Shown piece by piece: positions 26,701-41,700 of a DNA stretch of 64,000 nt (within the stretch, counting starts at the first letter, position 1; each line of letters opens with the position of its first letter). Made by a program: the position numbers and the translations under genes. Origin of the DNA: Saccostrea cucullata (lineage: Eukaryota); contig NW_026929684.1 in assembly GCF_032062105.1 (NCBI RefSeq), forward strand, positions 248,001 through 312,000, given 5' to 3'. The notes below the pieces were generated by a model. It saw nothing but the letters and a program-made list of their open reading frames with translations. It was not told the DNA's origin and made no database searches.

Positions 26701-29700
26701 TTCTACGTCTTGTGGAGGTTCAGGTGTGCCTAAATAAGAAAGGATTCATGTGAAGTTTCATTTCTGTTATTTGCAACATACAAACTCGGTCAAAAGCAAT
26801 CATTATTTTCAAGTATTATGGCTATATCGAAGTGTTATGCAACAAACAAACATTTTTTTCTTGACAATTGAAAAAGGATAAGCCACTGATCTGAAAAAAT
26901 ATTTTTCTTTAAAATGGCGAATAATTTCAATATTTGAAAATAATTCTGTAGAATATAAATGCCATAGACTAAATTCTTGACTTAATTTTCGTGTGCTTGT
27001 AAAAGAACAAGGAGACAATATATACTATATTAATGAGATCAATTCCTTTCTGTACAATTTTCCAATATCACAAGATTGTCATTCTGGCCTGCGTTATGTC
27101 AGTAAAAAGATTTTTTACCCACTATTTCATTATTCCTATTCAACACACCAAATCTAGAGTTATGTATTTTTGGGCAGACATTTCTCGTATATCAACATTA
27201 TTTTCGGAGGGAAATCAAATTGCATCATTACGATTCGCTCTCGGTTTTCTTTTTTGGCTCCCCAAACGAAGTCATTTTATTGAAAACCGTTCATTTCCTG
27301 TCACAGTTATGTAGATGTGAGGCCAAGTTCACACCAAGATAAAATAATCTCACAACAATAACCATAAAAAATCGGCAAACGTACGGGCCAAATCTGACAC
27401 CAAGAACTGGTTTAAAATAGACAGAAACCATTCCAGCTTTCAATGGCATATTGTCAGATGAGGAATCTTCATTATAGATTTATATTTTGGTAATTTCACA
27501 GCTATGGAGTTTTCATGGCATATTAAAAGCAAGAGGCATAAGGACCTTGACAGTCACCTGAGTATTTTATTTTTAACAAGCCTGTAAAATTTCCAAAGAA
27601 TGGTAGATAATTATGAAATAATGCAAAATTAAAACTACGAAATAAGACAAATAGGATGATCCAGGGTCAACATAACAGGTAGTTTTGTAATCAGCAGCAA
27701 CTCAGAAACTTGCTGTATATGCTGTTGCTATCTACACTCTATTGGTATATCACAAAAATATATCAAGACAATAGTTTAATATTTTAAAACACAGTGTTCA
27801 ACTGCAATCATAACGGTCCTTTTAGCCTCTTGTGGTCTTGGGCCATGAAATTCACAATTTTGGAAGAGGGGGTAATACACTAAAACTCCCTTAGTACGGA
27901 CACCAATATTGCGAATTCACAGATATAGCAAAGTCATCTTGGATCCATAGCTATATAAATTTAACAAATTTCTTATGCGGATATAAGGAATTACTGATAT
28001 AGCAAGTAATTTCATAGGCCCAAGTGACTTCATTATAACCGAGTTTTACTGTAGTATTTCAATAGTAGTATTTTTATACACTCTCAGAAGCTAAAGGGGG
28101 GAGGGGATAACACCATCCAATTGTCAGGTGCCTGGGATCATACTAGTCTTATTTTTTAATGAATTTTTAAAATTCATTCACCTTTGTTTTAAACTTGATG
28201 AATCATTGTTTGGAAATTAAACTGACACAGTTAAGAAAACATATTTAAAATCAGTCTTTATTTGCATGGAGTTAAGTTTACCAAAAATGTTTAAAGAGGA
28301 ATCCCACTAGACATACAGTATGCTGATGTTATTCAATTTTATTAGAGATTTACCTTTGACAATGAGTTTGGCTGAGGATTTCTCTTTCTCATTGACCTGT
28401 CCCCTCACGCTGGCTATACAGGTGTACTGCCCCGCGTCACCATAATCCGCCTCCCTCAGGACCAATGTCTGCCCACCGTCCATCACCTTGAACCTGTGTG
28501 ACCTCGTGTCAAGGACCTCCCCATTGTGTTTCCATCGGATACGGAGATTTTCTTGTTCCGTGTCATCGTCGTTGAAACCAATTGAGCACGTGAATGAGAC
28601 TTGGTGTCCCTTCCTGACAGTTTGGTCGGCAAGGGATTCCAGGAATTTTATTTGGTCACCTGTAAAAATAATTAACAGAAAATGTATAGCCATGAAGAGT
28701 GGAGAGTTACCTCCCTTCAGCTAGGAAATTAATTTCATGATTTGTATGTATCCCAGTATCTCGATTAATATATAAAAATTTTTTGGTTCTATCTTATTTA
28801 GAATAATGATATACATTGTATGCAAATGTTTAGTATAAATATATTCTTAAATTAATTAATTTAAAGATAATTTCAGCATTTTTTAATTCAATAATTGAGT
28901 TAATAAAATTTGAAGAAAAACAGATAACATGACTATTTAAAAACCATTATAAATATTCAGTTTATTTTTAAATATTGAACTACCACAGAATATTATACAA
29001 GAAACAGTTAACAAGCCAATAAGGACATGAAATGGATTTTTAATTGCCCCTGAAACATCAGATATCGGAATACTGTCACTGACTACTTCCTGTGCTCCAC
29101 CATATTTTTATTTTCTTTTTCTGGGGGCCTCTAGCCAGGATGAGGTTTTATTGAATTCCAAATGGTTGTAAGATTTTATCAGTCCCCCTTTTAGCAGGAA
29201 TACTAGCTGAACAATAGAGGCAACTGATGTCCATAAATTATTGTGATGACACTTAATGGGCAGAAGGCAATTTGTAATAATGGATAATTGTACTCCTCGT
29301 CTCTGTGCATGCATGATGTCCCTCTACTCATCTATATCTTCCTGATGCTCAAAGAATGGGATTTATACAGAATGGCTGAATGGTATTAAAGGTTTGCTAC
29401 CAACAGCAATGAAGCAAATGCTTATAATACAGTTAAACTTTGATATCTCAAACCTTAATATCTCGAATATCATGTTCATGTGGAAGTGATTTGGAAGTCT
29501 CGTCCACTTATAATTCTTCAAGTATTCACCCCTGATATTTCAAATCCTTGGATATTGCAAAGAATTTTTTGGACCCATTGAGATTTAGATAATGAGGTTC
29601 AATTGTATACATGTCTATACTATCTGTACACAATTAAAATTATCAGGCATATTAAATTTTTTTTCAAGTTTTTTTTTAATTAAGGTAGCATATGTGTAAA

Positions 29701-32700
29701 TGTATAACACCCTCCTCCCCCCATCCGTAGAAAAAAAAAATCATAGAAAACAATTTTTAAAGACAAATATGAACCACTCGGAAAAAATTTAAAATAATTG
29801 GCCTTCTAAATTTGATCTTATCATTTCATCAGATAGCCTTCAGAGAGTAAATGAGTCTCCCCGATCAGTTATGATTACATAATTTTTGTAATACAGCTTT
29901 TTTTTCCTAATGTTCATATAGCTCTCATAACTATCTTCATTTGCCAGAGGGGTCACCTCTCCCATTCAACTGAGGTACAAGATGTACTGACACAGCAATT
30001 TATAGGAGATTAATTTCTTACTGTACCCATGGTATAATCTCATAAATTTTGTGTGAAACTCCTTGATAGAGGCATCAAATTATGGCGCCTCTTTCTCAGT
30101 GAATGTGCTATCAAGTTCTCCCGACAATAGTCCTGTTTTATGAGGGACGTCCCCTGTATTAAGAATGATACTGGCAGGTGGCGAGTTATATTACACCAGA
30201 CCATCTGTTTTCACCAAATTTAATATTAAACTGCTACCATATTTGCCCTAGTAAGCACACTGGTCCCAATGAAAATTGAAAATTATTGCATTAAGAGATC
30301 AAGGGACTTTCTTTACATTATTAACAAGCATATGACTTTAGTTAGTCAAGAAAAAGTTAAGTAAGCTTTGCTTGATCGGAGGGTGCTTTTATTCCTCTCA
30401 AATAAAATATGACTGAAAGAATACATCATTTATACTAGGTGCACTTACAAGGATATATATGGTAAATAAATCTCATTTAATTTAGGACTAAAGATTATTC
30501 CAAGATATTTATAGACTGTCACTTTAATTGAACACTTTCTGGTGCAAACTTATTGTGTTTACCACAATGGATGTCAAAATTTCCTGTTGAAAATAGACTT
30601 TTAAAAAATCTTAATTTCTAGAAATGGGTCTTTCAGTGCAATATATATCAAATTGCTTCCATTTAATGAAAATTGGCATGATTTCATTTTACCTCCTCTA
30701 CATTATAACAACTGAAATCTATCCAAACTAATTACTAGTCTAGACTCCAATTATAATTGATTTCAAGGAAATTTAATAAATACCTTAATTCTCTATCAAA
30801 ACATTCACAAATTTATGGACCATGCACATCCCACACATGAAAAAATATATTTTAGAACTAAAAATATATTTTAAAATAGATACAGAAAAATTGTATTTAA
30901 AAAACTTCTATTTCGTTGTGTAATTTCCCTATAAACATTGCGGCTAAGGAATTTCCGGCTGTCGATGCGACTGTTAAAGAAAACTGTGGTAAGATGCCGA
31001 TGCAATGGTGTCTATAATTGTGATCTATTTCTGTGATGTGATAGAAAAAGCCTCTAAAATGACGAGATGTCATGACAGAGACACGTATCTCACAAGACTT
31101 GTGCTATCAGGATCTGGTCTTCGCGGCAGATGACTGCTCAAACAATCTGACAGACATTGCTTTATCTACCTGTCACATGAAACTATAAAACTATAAAGAC
31201 AAATTCACGACTCATCTAATATCAAACCAACTTCTTTTTTTAATCATTTTAGGTACTTCCCCATTTAGAAATGCCAATAAAGGAAATCTATGACTCTAAA
31301 CTCTAATCAGGGCCTAGGTAGCTATGGAATCTTCAAAGAACGAACTGTGTGTTGCAAGATAATTCAGTTACGACACTGACAATTAAACTTGTATGCCTTA
31401 ATATCATGCGCATTGTACATCAATTAACCATACTGGGCAAGACAGTTAACACATGCGCACACATATATATCCAAATTAATATGTAACATTCCGTGTAAAT
31501 TAAACATCTTTTCTAAACTTCCTTTGAATAAAGACTGAACAGTTTGCATATGCACTTACATGATATTTGATATTCAAAACAGACAGCCTGACACTAATTC
31601 TACAATGTGATGAGTTAAATACTTATAGCCCCTATCATGACTATAGTCAGCTTAACCAATGGCTTTATGCATCAGAGCTAATGACCAAAGGCTACATCTA
31701 TTGGTCCTGGTGCCTTACGAAAAGCTTACACTTTAAGCTGTGAGAGGAAACTGAACAGACTTGGCTAAGGATAAATATTGCCTTATTTGCCAATGCTAGT
31801 GTTCATTAATTGAGTTGGCATTGGTCTGTCACAAGGAAAGCAAACTATGTAAAGTCAGCTTAAAGGGGTGAACATCTAAATGATATGCTGCCAAATAGCA
31901 GGCAAAAGGGTATTTCATTCATAATATTTATATCACAATGAAATTGAATGCTTTATCACAAGAATTTATGTACACTAAAAAAGTTTTAGATGCAATATAA
32001 ATCAATTAAACTAAAGGGTCAAATCCAACTGGCAAATTTGTTCCATCTATAATTTTTGGAGAAAAATTTGTATAATATTATATATACAGTCAAACTTCGT
32101 TATCTTGAACCTAATGGGACTGAGAAAAATTTTTGAGATATCCGAGGATTCAAGATATCGATGGTTAAATACTTAAAGAATATGTGGTTGGGACTTCCAT
32201 ATCACTTTGACATACCCACGGTATTCAAGATATCGGAGTTCGAGACACCAAAGTTCAACTGTATATCCCATCTCAAATTTATAATAATAACTTTTCTTCC
32301 CCTTTCATTCATGTTCAATTTACTTCATTTTCCAAAATTCTCACAAAATATGTCTAATTGGAAGTTCAGTTTCTGTAAAAAAAAAAAATCTAGATTACGG
32401 TCAAGGAAAGCAATATGCCAATATATATATATTTCTCTGTGCTTAATGCAAAAACAACACATTTACTTTCTACAGCCAAATATTAAGTTCTTCTGCATTT
32501 GAAGAGGGAAAAATCTTTAAAGCAATCCCTGACCACATAAACTGCCCCTATATTAAAACCTTATACTTTAAATATCCCCATTGCGAAGATTTCCCCAGGA
32601 AAAGGTCAGCTCATTATTTACCCTGGTCTGTCAGGAATCTTGACACACTTCAGGGCATAAAATCTCCCATTATATACTAGTTTGATTTTTTTCTGGGGTC

Positions 32701-35700
32701 TAATCAAGCTTTATATGTCTGCAAAGAGCTATACGGTTTTATGGTCGTAGAATCCATTCTTCCGCTGGGGAGGACCAGAAATCGAAGGACGTAAATCTCC
32801 CCGGTCACTCAGAACCAACATTATAAAGTCAAAAAGGCAAGGCTCTGGGCAAATGATACACTGTTCCCTGTAAAAATGATATTGATGGGTTAATCTTTGG
32901 TATCAATGATGGAGAAAAAAAAGAAAAAGAAATTCAATAATGATCGCTCGGATAGAAGCAAAGTTGACTGTGTGTATATAGTCCAAATGTCTGCAGTCAG
33001 AGTTTGTTGTTTCAAGCTGATCAATGGAATTGGCACCGCAAACTGACAAGGGCCTGAGGGTCAAGAAACATTATACGTGTTTAAGTTTTTATTTTCTTGC
33101 AACTTACCTCTTTAATGTTCATTTAAATATCGATTTAAAAAAAAGAAATAGTAAAAGTGCATCTGTCTGCATGTTTTTTTTTATCGCAGTTGAGAAAAGT
33201 AATCTATAGGTTACAAACTTGCACAATAAAATCTTGCAATATTTAGTGGTTGAAATTATGGAAGAAAATCTCTTAATTCCAAATTTTAGTTCACAGTTTT
33301 CGATTATCGACTCAATTGTCGGAGAAAAGACTGAAAATCACTTGCCAAGATATGCAGATATGGAGAAACATCAGACAATACCAGCATTAGTTCCAGCTGA
33401 AATCACTGTGCATTCAGTTTAATCACAATTATGACCAAGCATTCCAGGTGCAAAGTCATTGGGCTGCAGTGAGTACAATATATTCCACAAACAAGAAGCT
33501 TTCAGACCCTATAAATTTAAGTTAGATGAAATCATATCAGGTGATGCATCTCATAAATCATCTAATGTAGGATGTGTACCAAAATGATAGGACCTATATA
33601 TGTACATGTATTGTTCTTTCATTTTTTTTGCATTTTTATAAAAAATCTTGCTTTTTCTTAATAATGGAAGCAAATTAAATCCTTTAAGTTTAGCTATGTA
33701 TAATTTCAGCTTTTAAAAGTAAAAACTTCAAAGAAGAAATAAAATTATTTACAGGTTTAAGGCTGCATGGAAAAAAATTATTAAAACAAGGTCAATGCAG
33801 GTTTTGATACAGTAATATTGACAGATACTAAAATTTTGTGGGTGTCCTTTCTGCCTTAATAACACAAGACAAAGGTCTTTGTGATTTGATTTATCTGGTA
33901 GGATTTGATATTAAAATGTCCCGATGGACATGCTATTGGATTTTTTTTTTTCACCATTTATTGGGTTTCTAGATTATGAAGGCATAAAACCTGTCTCATT
34001 TCCTGTGGGTTGGACAGTTAATAAATTGCAATGCATTCCACATATTGGAATGAAATATTGGTAAATTTCTGTTCTAATGCAAGTCCTTCAAGCTCATCAC
34101 AATTTATCCTTGAAATTTCTTGATGTGTACTAAGAATTGTCCTGAATTTTTAGATTTTAAAAACATTATCTCATTTGAAATATGACTAACAAAAGATATT
34201 GTATTGGTGAATCATTAAAAATAAGCAACATAGAACATGACATGCTTAATCACAACTGTACAGTTGAGCTTTAATTGGTAGCTTGAACACAGACATCTTA
34301 AATACTGTAGACGTACTTTTTTCCACGGGGTCATAATTCCACGGAATCTCAATTTCTGTTTAATCCGCGGATAGAAAATTACGCGGATTTTGTAGTTTAT
34401 CACTATATGCCTTACATTTATGTTATGTATGCTTGGACAAATTTTCACGGAAGATTTGTGACCGCGTACATAGCGTAAATTAACTCTTTACAACTTACTG
34501 AACTGTTATGCAACATACACTTAATGTCCACGTCATAAAAATAGAGCTTTACCATTTCCCCGCAAGCACCTTTTAGCGTGGTACACGTTTTTCTAAAGTT
34601 TAGCTTAAATAATATTCTGACGTTAAATTTTAATACAAAAATAACTTTTCTTATTTTATGAGATTTTTGCAAGTATAAAGTAAAAGGACATTGGCATTAA
34701 ATTAAAGATTAAATGAACTTTTTAAAGTGCGTGAAAATGCGTGATCGCGGGGAAACGGTATATGCGTGATTTTGCGTTAGAAATAGGAAATGGTATATGC
34801 GTTAAAATGCGTGACTGCGAGGAAGGGGGTTAATACCACGCGGAAAAAAGTACTTCTACAGTACCCGGATATGTTGAAGTGATTTAGAAGTCCCAACCTC
34901 TTACTTTTTACGTAATTCTTTGATCTTCATCTCAAATCCTCAGATATCTAAAAGTTTACCAAGCTGGTTCCATAAAGTTCAAGATAACAAGACTTGACTG
35001 TACTATTCTTTTGAGAGGTATCATGATGGCATTAAATTTCAATGTCACGTAAATGTTTATTCATTCCATTGATACATGCATCTCTCTCAAATGAGCAAAT
35101 ATGTACCAAATGTCAAAAAATGAATAATGAAGATATATATATACGAGGGGTTATCAAAAAGTTCGTGGACTGAGGCTATAAAATTAGTACTATGTAGTCT
35201 GTGCTTTCAAAATTTATTTGGAACATAAAACAACACAAAATAAAGAAATATTGAAAATTTTAGCCTGATACGTTCAATATTTTCCAAATTATCATAAAAT
35301 GAAAACGGCATTATATGATCACCCGGCGCTGTCGTCGTTTATTTTCATGACGTCCGATGACATCATTGTTTTTCCATGTCCTCTTCTCCTACCTCATACT
35401 TTTTTGATGAGATTCCCTGGAGCTGAGTAAGGACTTAAACCCACCTTGTTTATATGATTATACAATGTCATGAACAGTGGCCTTCAATGAATGTATAATA
35501 TTCCAGATGGATTAATATATTGGAAGAGATCCGAGCATGATTGTGCCGGCATATTTTGCTTTTGGGAGTTAAATATATACAACACATGATCAACGTCATT
35601 TTTGACGGGATTGATTTTGCACACATTGACTGCAAATAGACATTAACTGTGTATCCCTTTACTCTCTGAATCTATTTTGACATTAAAAGACAAGTATTCT

Positions 35701-38700
35701 GAATGCATATTATTTCTCTGTAGCCAGTTTCAACATATTTTAGGTCTATACTGTTTTTTTTTAGGGCAAAACTTTATAGAATGTTGGAAAGGAAACCCCT
35801 CCCCCCTTTTGACGTCATTTTCAAGGCCTCATTTGTTTGGACATTCCGTGTAAAATTTACGATAAAATTTCATAGAACTTTCAAAATGAAGTGAAAATTT
35901 CATATTTTATAGAACAATTGTGTCCCGACACATACCTGAATTAACGGGTTTTTTGGATGTCAAATGATCATATCAATTTCTCATTTCTCAGTTACACATA
36001 GGTCGAAAAAACGTCGTTTTTGAGGTTGCGCCGCCTGGACATACCATTGCTTACAAAAACATTACTAATTTATTTAAAAATAAAATTCATGATTTGTGGT
36101 TTATTCTTTGGATAGAAAAGATGATGCTTACTATATATTTTAAAATTCACTGATATACCTTAAGTGGTTTTAATTTTATGGCGCTAGTCCACAAACTTTT
36201 TGATGATCCCTCGTACAGTCTTCAAATTCTAAATTATCTTCCAATTCATAGATCATCTGTCTAAGTGATTTCCTTCAGTATTTTAACTGCAATATTTCAA
36301 ACCCTCAGACATCTTAAGTTTTTTCAGTCCATGGCAATTGATTGTTAGCAATAAGACATCAAGATAAATAGAATAATAAAATACTTGTGATATAAAGCTC
36401 ATGCAGGTACAAGTTACGACTTTATAGATACACCCAGGGTATCGATTTCCAGCTCCTGATAAAATTTAATGCTTGACCGATCGACTGCCATTAAAAAGTA
36501 AGGGAAAAACTAATCAATATTAATGATGGCATATAATAGAAAGCTTGGGATCTTGTCTAATTAACAACTATAATCAATCCGGCTTAGAAAATCCTTAACA
36601 AAGCAAAGACAGTTATCAAATATTCCATTGTCATTCAAAACCACGGAACAGTGTGAAAACCATTTCACTGTTAAGCGAATTAACTAAACTGTATTGAAAG
36701 TTAATACTTCAAAGGGAAACACTCTCGAGTAGATTTTAAAGATGATTTCTTTTGTTTTTACGTCCCCTGGAAGCTGTCTTTTCTACAGATGACAAATCCG
36801 ATGTCTGCATTCGTAACCATATCTATCCGATTTCATCTGCCACATTCAAAAAAACATCAGCAAGTTTGTCATCCTCAACAACATGCCCTAGTCTGCAACA
36901 CACAGTACTGCTGTGACTCATTACCGATATTTTACCGACATTTTTGTCAATTTTGTCTTCTTTCCTCATCGTCCCCATCATTGAGGCAGAAAATAATGTC
37001 ACCAATCTTAATTACCCGCGGGTTCCCGCTCACGAATTCGGACATGTAGTAATCTCGTACTTGACGGATGGCCGTCTTTTTGAATTTTACGGCAGCAGAT
37101 GGTTGACTCGTTGGTGACTGTTGGAATTTTACGATCCCTCTAAAAGACGACCATAAAAATTTCCAGCATTTCCAGATTTCATTTTTTGTTTAATTACAGT
37201 GGAATCAACCATTTTTAAGATGTAGTTAATTACGTTTCGTACATTTCTTCTGCCAAAAGTTGTTCTGGGAGATTATAATGGGATTTCGAAGCAAATCAAA
37301 TAATAGCTATCAAAAACAGGAAACTAATTCAAAGGAAATGAAACTAATACAAACTCTCAACATTTAGTCTAAATTTTTAAGTCACTTTACATTGCAGTAA
37401 AAACTGCATGTGAAATGATTATTCTCTTAATCTCTGTCTTTAATTTTTAATCCTGTTTTTTTTTTTCATATATTGTGTGTCCTGGATATACATGAAAATT
37501 ATTTTAATTTTTTTCATTATTTGGTATTAATAATATTAATCATGGCAACAGAAATAAATAGTGAATCCAAATAATACACAGTTGGAAGAACCAATCCATA
37601 AGACAATTTAACTTGGGGATTGAAGACCATAAGATACATGTCACCAGGCCGGTCCAATTTAACCTTGTTAAAGACATCGCAGATGACCAATTTCTCCGTT
37701 TTAAGAGAACAGAGCTGATTACAATCTAATTTCTTCACCCTAACACCCTCAGAGATGACTAAACATGTGACTGGTCATTCCCAATCTGAAGCGTCCACGA
37801 GATTTCATACTGGTGGCCTGGATGGAAATTAACGAAGCTGGTTAATTTGTCACCATGATGTGACAAAAGGTTTCCGCATTGCCTTGCACATCTGAAAAGA
37901 GGTCACCTTCATCTTTTGTCACACAAAGCTATGAGACACAAAGCTTTGCGTTTTAGTTTGATTAGCATCTGCACATCATGATTAATTGATGGTGTGCAAA
38001 AAAAATTTTATAACCTAAAACTGAACTATCGGAGAAATGCTCCATTAGCTACATTTTGGCAAATCCCAGAGCAGTCTTGTTCACAATCTAAGGGGAGATT
38101 GTGACATTTCTGGGCATATGTTGATATTTTTGGTCATATGTAGAAATCCATAAAAATGAATATGTCATGAATGGAAATCTTACCATAACCAGTGACACAA
38201 AAAATTCTGATGAAAGATAAAAATATTATCAATGCAGTTACATGAATTTAATGCTCGTTAGTGCATAAGGTAGAATCTCTATGCCATTTCTACTTGCACT
38301 ATTTCTACCCAATGCCAATAAAACAACATTTTATATTGCAAGAAGATGGCCACAATTAGAAAAATTGCCTTTAATTGTTTGATTGCACATACTTTTCTTC
38401 TCTGACAAAAGTTATGTAATAGCTTTTTTTTCAATTATTGCAACTGTTTGCTTCTGTGCAGACGGCTCATAATGATGGGTGTATAGGTATTTTTGGTTTC
38501 TCGTTTTTCTTTCCGACATTTGACAAGTTAAACTTCTATCGTTGGGATCGACTGACATCCTAATACACCTCTCCAAGCATCAATAATTTACCGCTATGTT
38601 GTCAGTCCGTCATTAAGTTAATTATAAACTCCCGTCTTCACCTGAGGGGGAAATGTAATTCTCTCTCCCCTCTTTCGTACAATAATAAAAGTTTTCAAAA

Positions 38701-41700
38701 ATTGCAGACCCCTGGCTCGGTAACCACTTTTAATTCATTTAAACAAAAGATAGTCATAGCCATATCATATTTTTATTTAGAATAAATTGTCTTTATTATG
38801 CCCAAGGATTCAGCAATTTAAATCTTTCACCATCTTAGAACATATTTAAATTTTTGAAAAATTCATAATTCCCAAGTACGTAGCACAATTCATCAGAATT
38901 TATTTTTTAAAATAATTTAAGTTTCTGACGCCAAAAATGTGCAAAAACATTGCTTATAGAAATCATAAATAGGTAAATTAATCCAGACTGATAAACTCCC
39001 TAGATATCATTCTGCCATTACAATCAAATTAACAAAAAGTGAAATTTTCTCTGCCTGCCTCCTGATAATTCCCAGCTTCCTGCAATTTTTAAAATTATAT
39101 TTAATTTGATGTACTTATTTCTCCTTTTTTCCCCTAAATATGCAACTTTCTGATTTAATAACATCATGTTTGACAATTCTCCAAAGACGCACAACTTCCT
39201 TTAATATGGACACAAGGGGGAAATAACTCAGAAGCAGATTCCCTTTAGAGGACTGTTTTGTTGAAAGCTTTTAATCAAATTCAAATTTTATCACTGCCAT
39301 ACATTTTAATTTGCTTCATTTTTAGAGGAAATAACACAAGAGTATATGCTTAGATTTTACGAGAGCCAATGCAGTTTTTGATTAGATTTAACAAACTAAT
39401 AACATATTAATCTCTTGGTAAACCTAGAGAAATAAAAATCTGTGTAAGAATTTATTTCTCGATTTTCATTTGCTTTGATTAATATCTGCATCAGGGGATT
39501 TTAGAAATTGTGGGATAAAATTTACTTTGATAATAAGTGGTTGGGTCTTCCGTATCATTTTGACATATCCATGGTATTGAAAATATTAAGTGTTCAACTG
39601 TAATTCATTATATAAATAAATGAATTTAATTAATAAAAATCTGAACACGTTGGGAATTCCAGAGCTTGGCATATATGCAATATTTGCATTTCTCTCAAGT
39701 TTTAAATTCATTCATGTGTATTATAATTCACAGTAAATATATATACTGTAGAACTTGTCTTTTTTGACCACCACTGGTTCCCAGGAAGAAATTGGCCGTA
39801 ACATAAAACATTCCAGATTAGACAACATTTCAAACAATTGAAATAACTTAAAGGCACTTGAAGTTAACCCTTGTCCTGCCGGTCGTCGCTTTATCGACGA
39901 CCCAGATAACACCATCACAGTGCCGGTCGTCGATAAAGTGAGAGCGGCCATGTTTTCCGTTCTGTGCCGGTCGTCACTATATCGACTTTGCACACATGAC
40001 TTTTTCTTTCGTATTTTAACCAATGAAATAAAGGGAATCCATTCATTTCAAAGTTATATACTAAAAATAGATAGATTTTCCAGTAGTTTAATGATATGAT
40101 TGGCTCTTGATGGGAAATTCCCTTATGTATTCTTAGAAAAAGAAACACGATGATCGCATGCTTTGGGGAAAGTTTGAAAACAAGATGGAGGTCGCGGAGA
40201 AGATGCTCGATTGAAATAAGCTTTTACAGTAATAGCAGGCAGATATAAATGTTTTATTTGGTAAAATATATCTAAATTGAGCTTCCGATGAAGAATTCTA
40301 ATGATTTGATTCCATGGATATGAATATTACGTTGGAGCAATGACTTTTTCGAGGACGCGTGGATCTAAAAGCATTGATGCGCGTCACCAGTTTATAAATC
40401 GATACAACTGTGCTCCAATGATCGCACAATGATTGACAACTCAAGTTTAATATTTCTAATACCTGTTTTGAAGACGTTTTGGTTAAAAAAAAACTTTACG
40501 GCAGATATATTCAAGAAAGAAATGGAGCCACAAAATCGGATTTCCATGTCCATAAAACGGGTGTCAAAAAAGGACTTGTAGCAGTCATAATTTTATGTTT
40601 AAAAAATCTGAAAGTATTGCCAGTAGTTACACAAAGGACTCTTACAATATAATAGTTGTGAAAAGTTAATTTGAAATGAAATTTGACATTAAAATACCAA
40701 TAATTTCTCATTTAAAATATTTTAAATGTAAAATTTTAGTTTTAAGCTTTTGTAGTTTTTTACTGAGTTGAAATATTAAAAAAATTTCTTCACAATTCTC
40801 TTCTTTTGTTTTTTATGGAAAAAAGTTGTGTAGATTGTTATCAGGAAATTCAGTTATAAATTGGTGATAATTAAGATAATCTACTGCATATGCAATTTGA
40901 GAGAAATTTATAAATCAGCGTGGCACAGTCAGCGGCTGGAGCTCCTTATCAGCACTCAGAGATGCTGATAGAATCCCTGGCAGGACAAGGGTTAACATCG
41001 TATTAGACAAGATATCAGAATACACAACATCAAGATCAGACAAGTTTCACTGTATTAATAGCATTGTACACCTACTTGAATTACATATGTTAATTTAAAA
41101 TAATTGTCATGAAACAAAAATTGATCTGAGACTCTACTCCCATCCCACAACAGATATGAGGTTGGTATATTTAAGACTGATCTATACTTATAGTCCAGTT
41201 TTATTTCATATTAATGTAGGAGGTATAAAACATCTGCCTTCATTGTTTTCCAAGATTTAACCTGAGTATGCATGTCTGCATCAGATGTCTATTTATATGG
41301 TTATTTGAGAACTCATTTTGGTCTCTGAAGCCCTGACTGCAGGACTTGCTGATATAAATGTCAATATCCGAGGCCATGCGGGAACCATTCATTTTCATCA
41401 AACCTTCGCAGAAACATTCCGTTCCAGTTAAAAAATTTGGATGCAGCTCTAATTGCAGTGCTCTTGGCTAGATGAATGTTGGCTTCTATAAAGCCAGAGC
41501 TGGAATATTTGATTATAATTATTATTTTTTGTGTCAAATTTCACAATCTTGGGTCTTTCCATAACATTCAAAAGCTTCATCCCTGATCATTTAATACACA
41601 GCATAAAATGGAATCAAATCACACTTGGATGCTTAAAATTTATGACATAATCTTTTGACTCATTTTGCAAAATCATAAAAAAGCCCAACATTTTACACAA

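Noticed and set aside
20616-28659. Calling the gene contactin, or assigning the symbol Nrg/L1CAM
   Set aside because: Motifs are neuroglian-like but the architecture fits neither orthologue; orthology needs a phylogeny.
24452-28724. Plus-strand ORFs 24452-24775, 26357-26590 and 28488-28724
   Set aside because: Antisense shadows of the real minus-strand exons.
32700-32867. Acceptor-like tttttacag suggesting an extra Ig exon
   Set aside because: The phase-1 frame stops after about 15 codons and no frame has Ig motifs.
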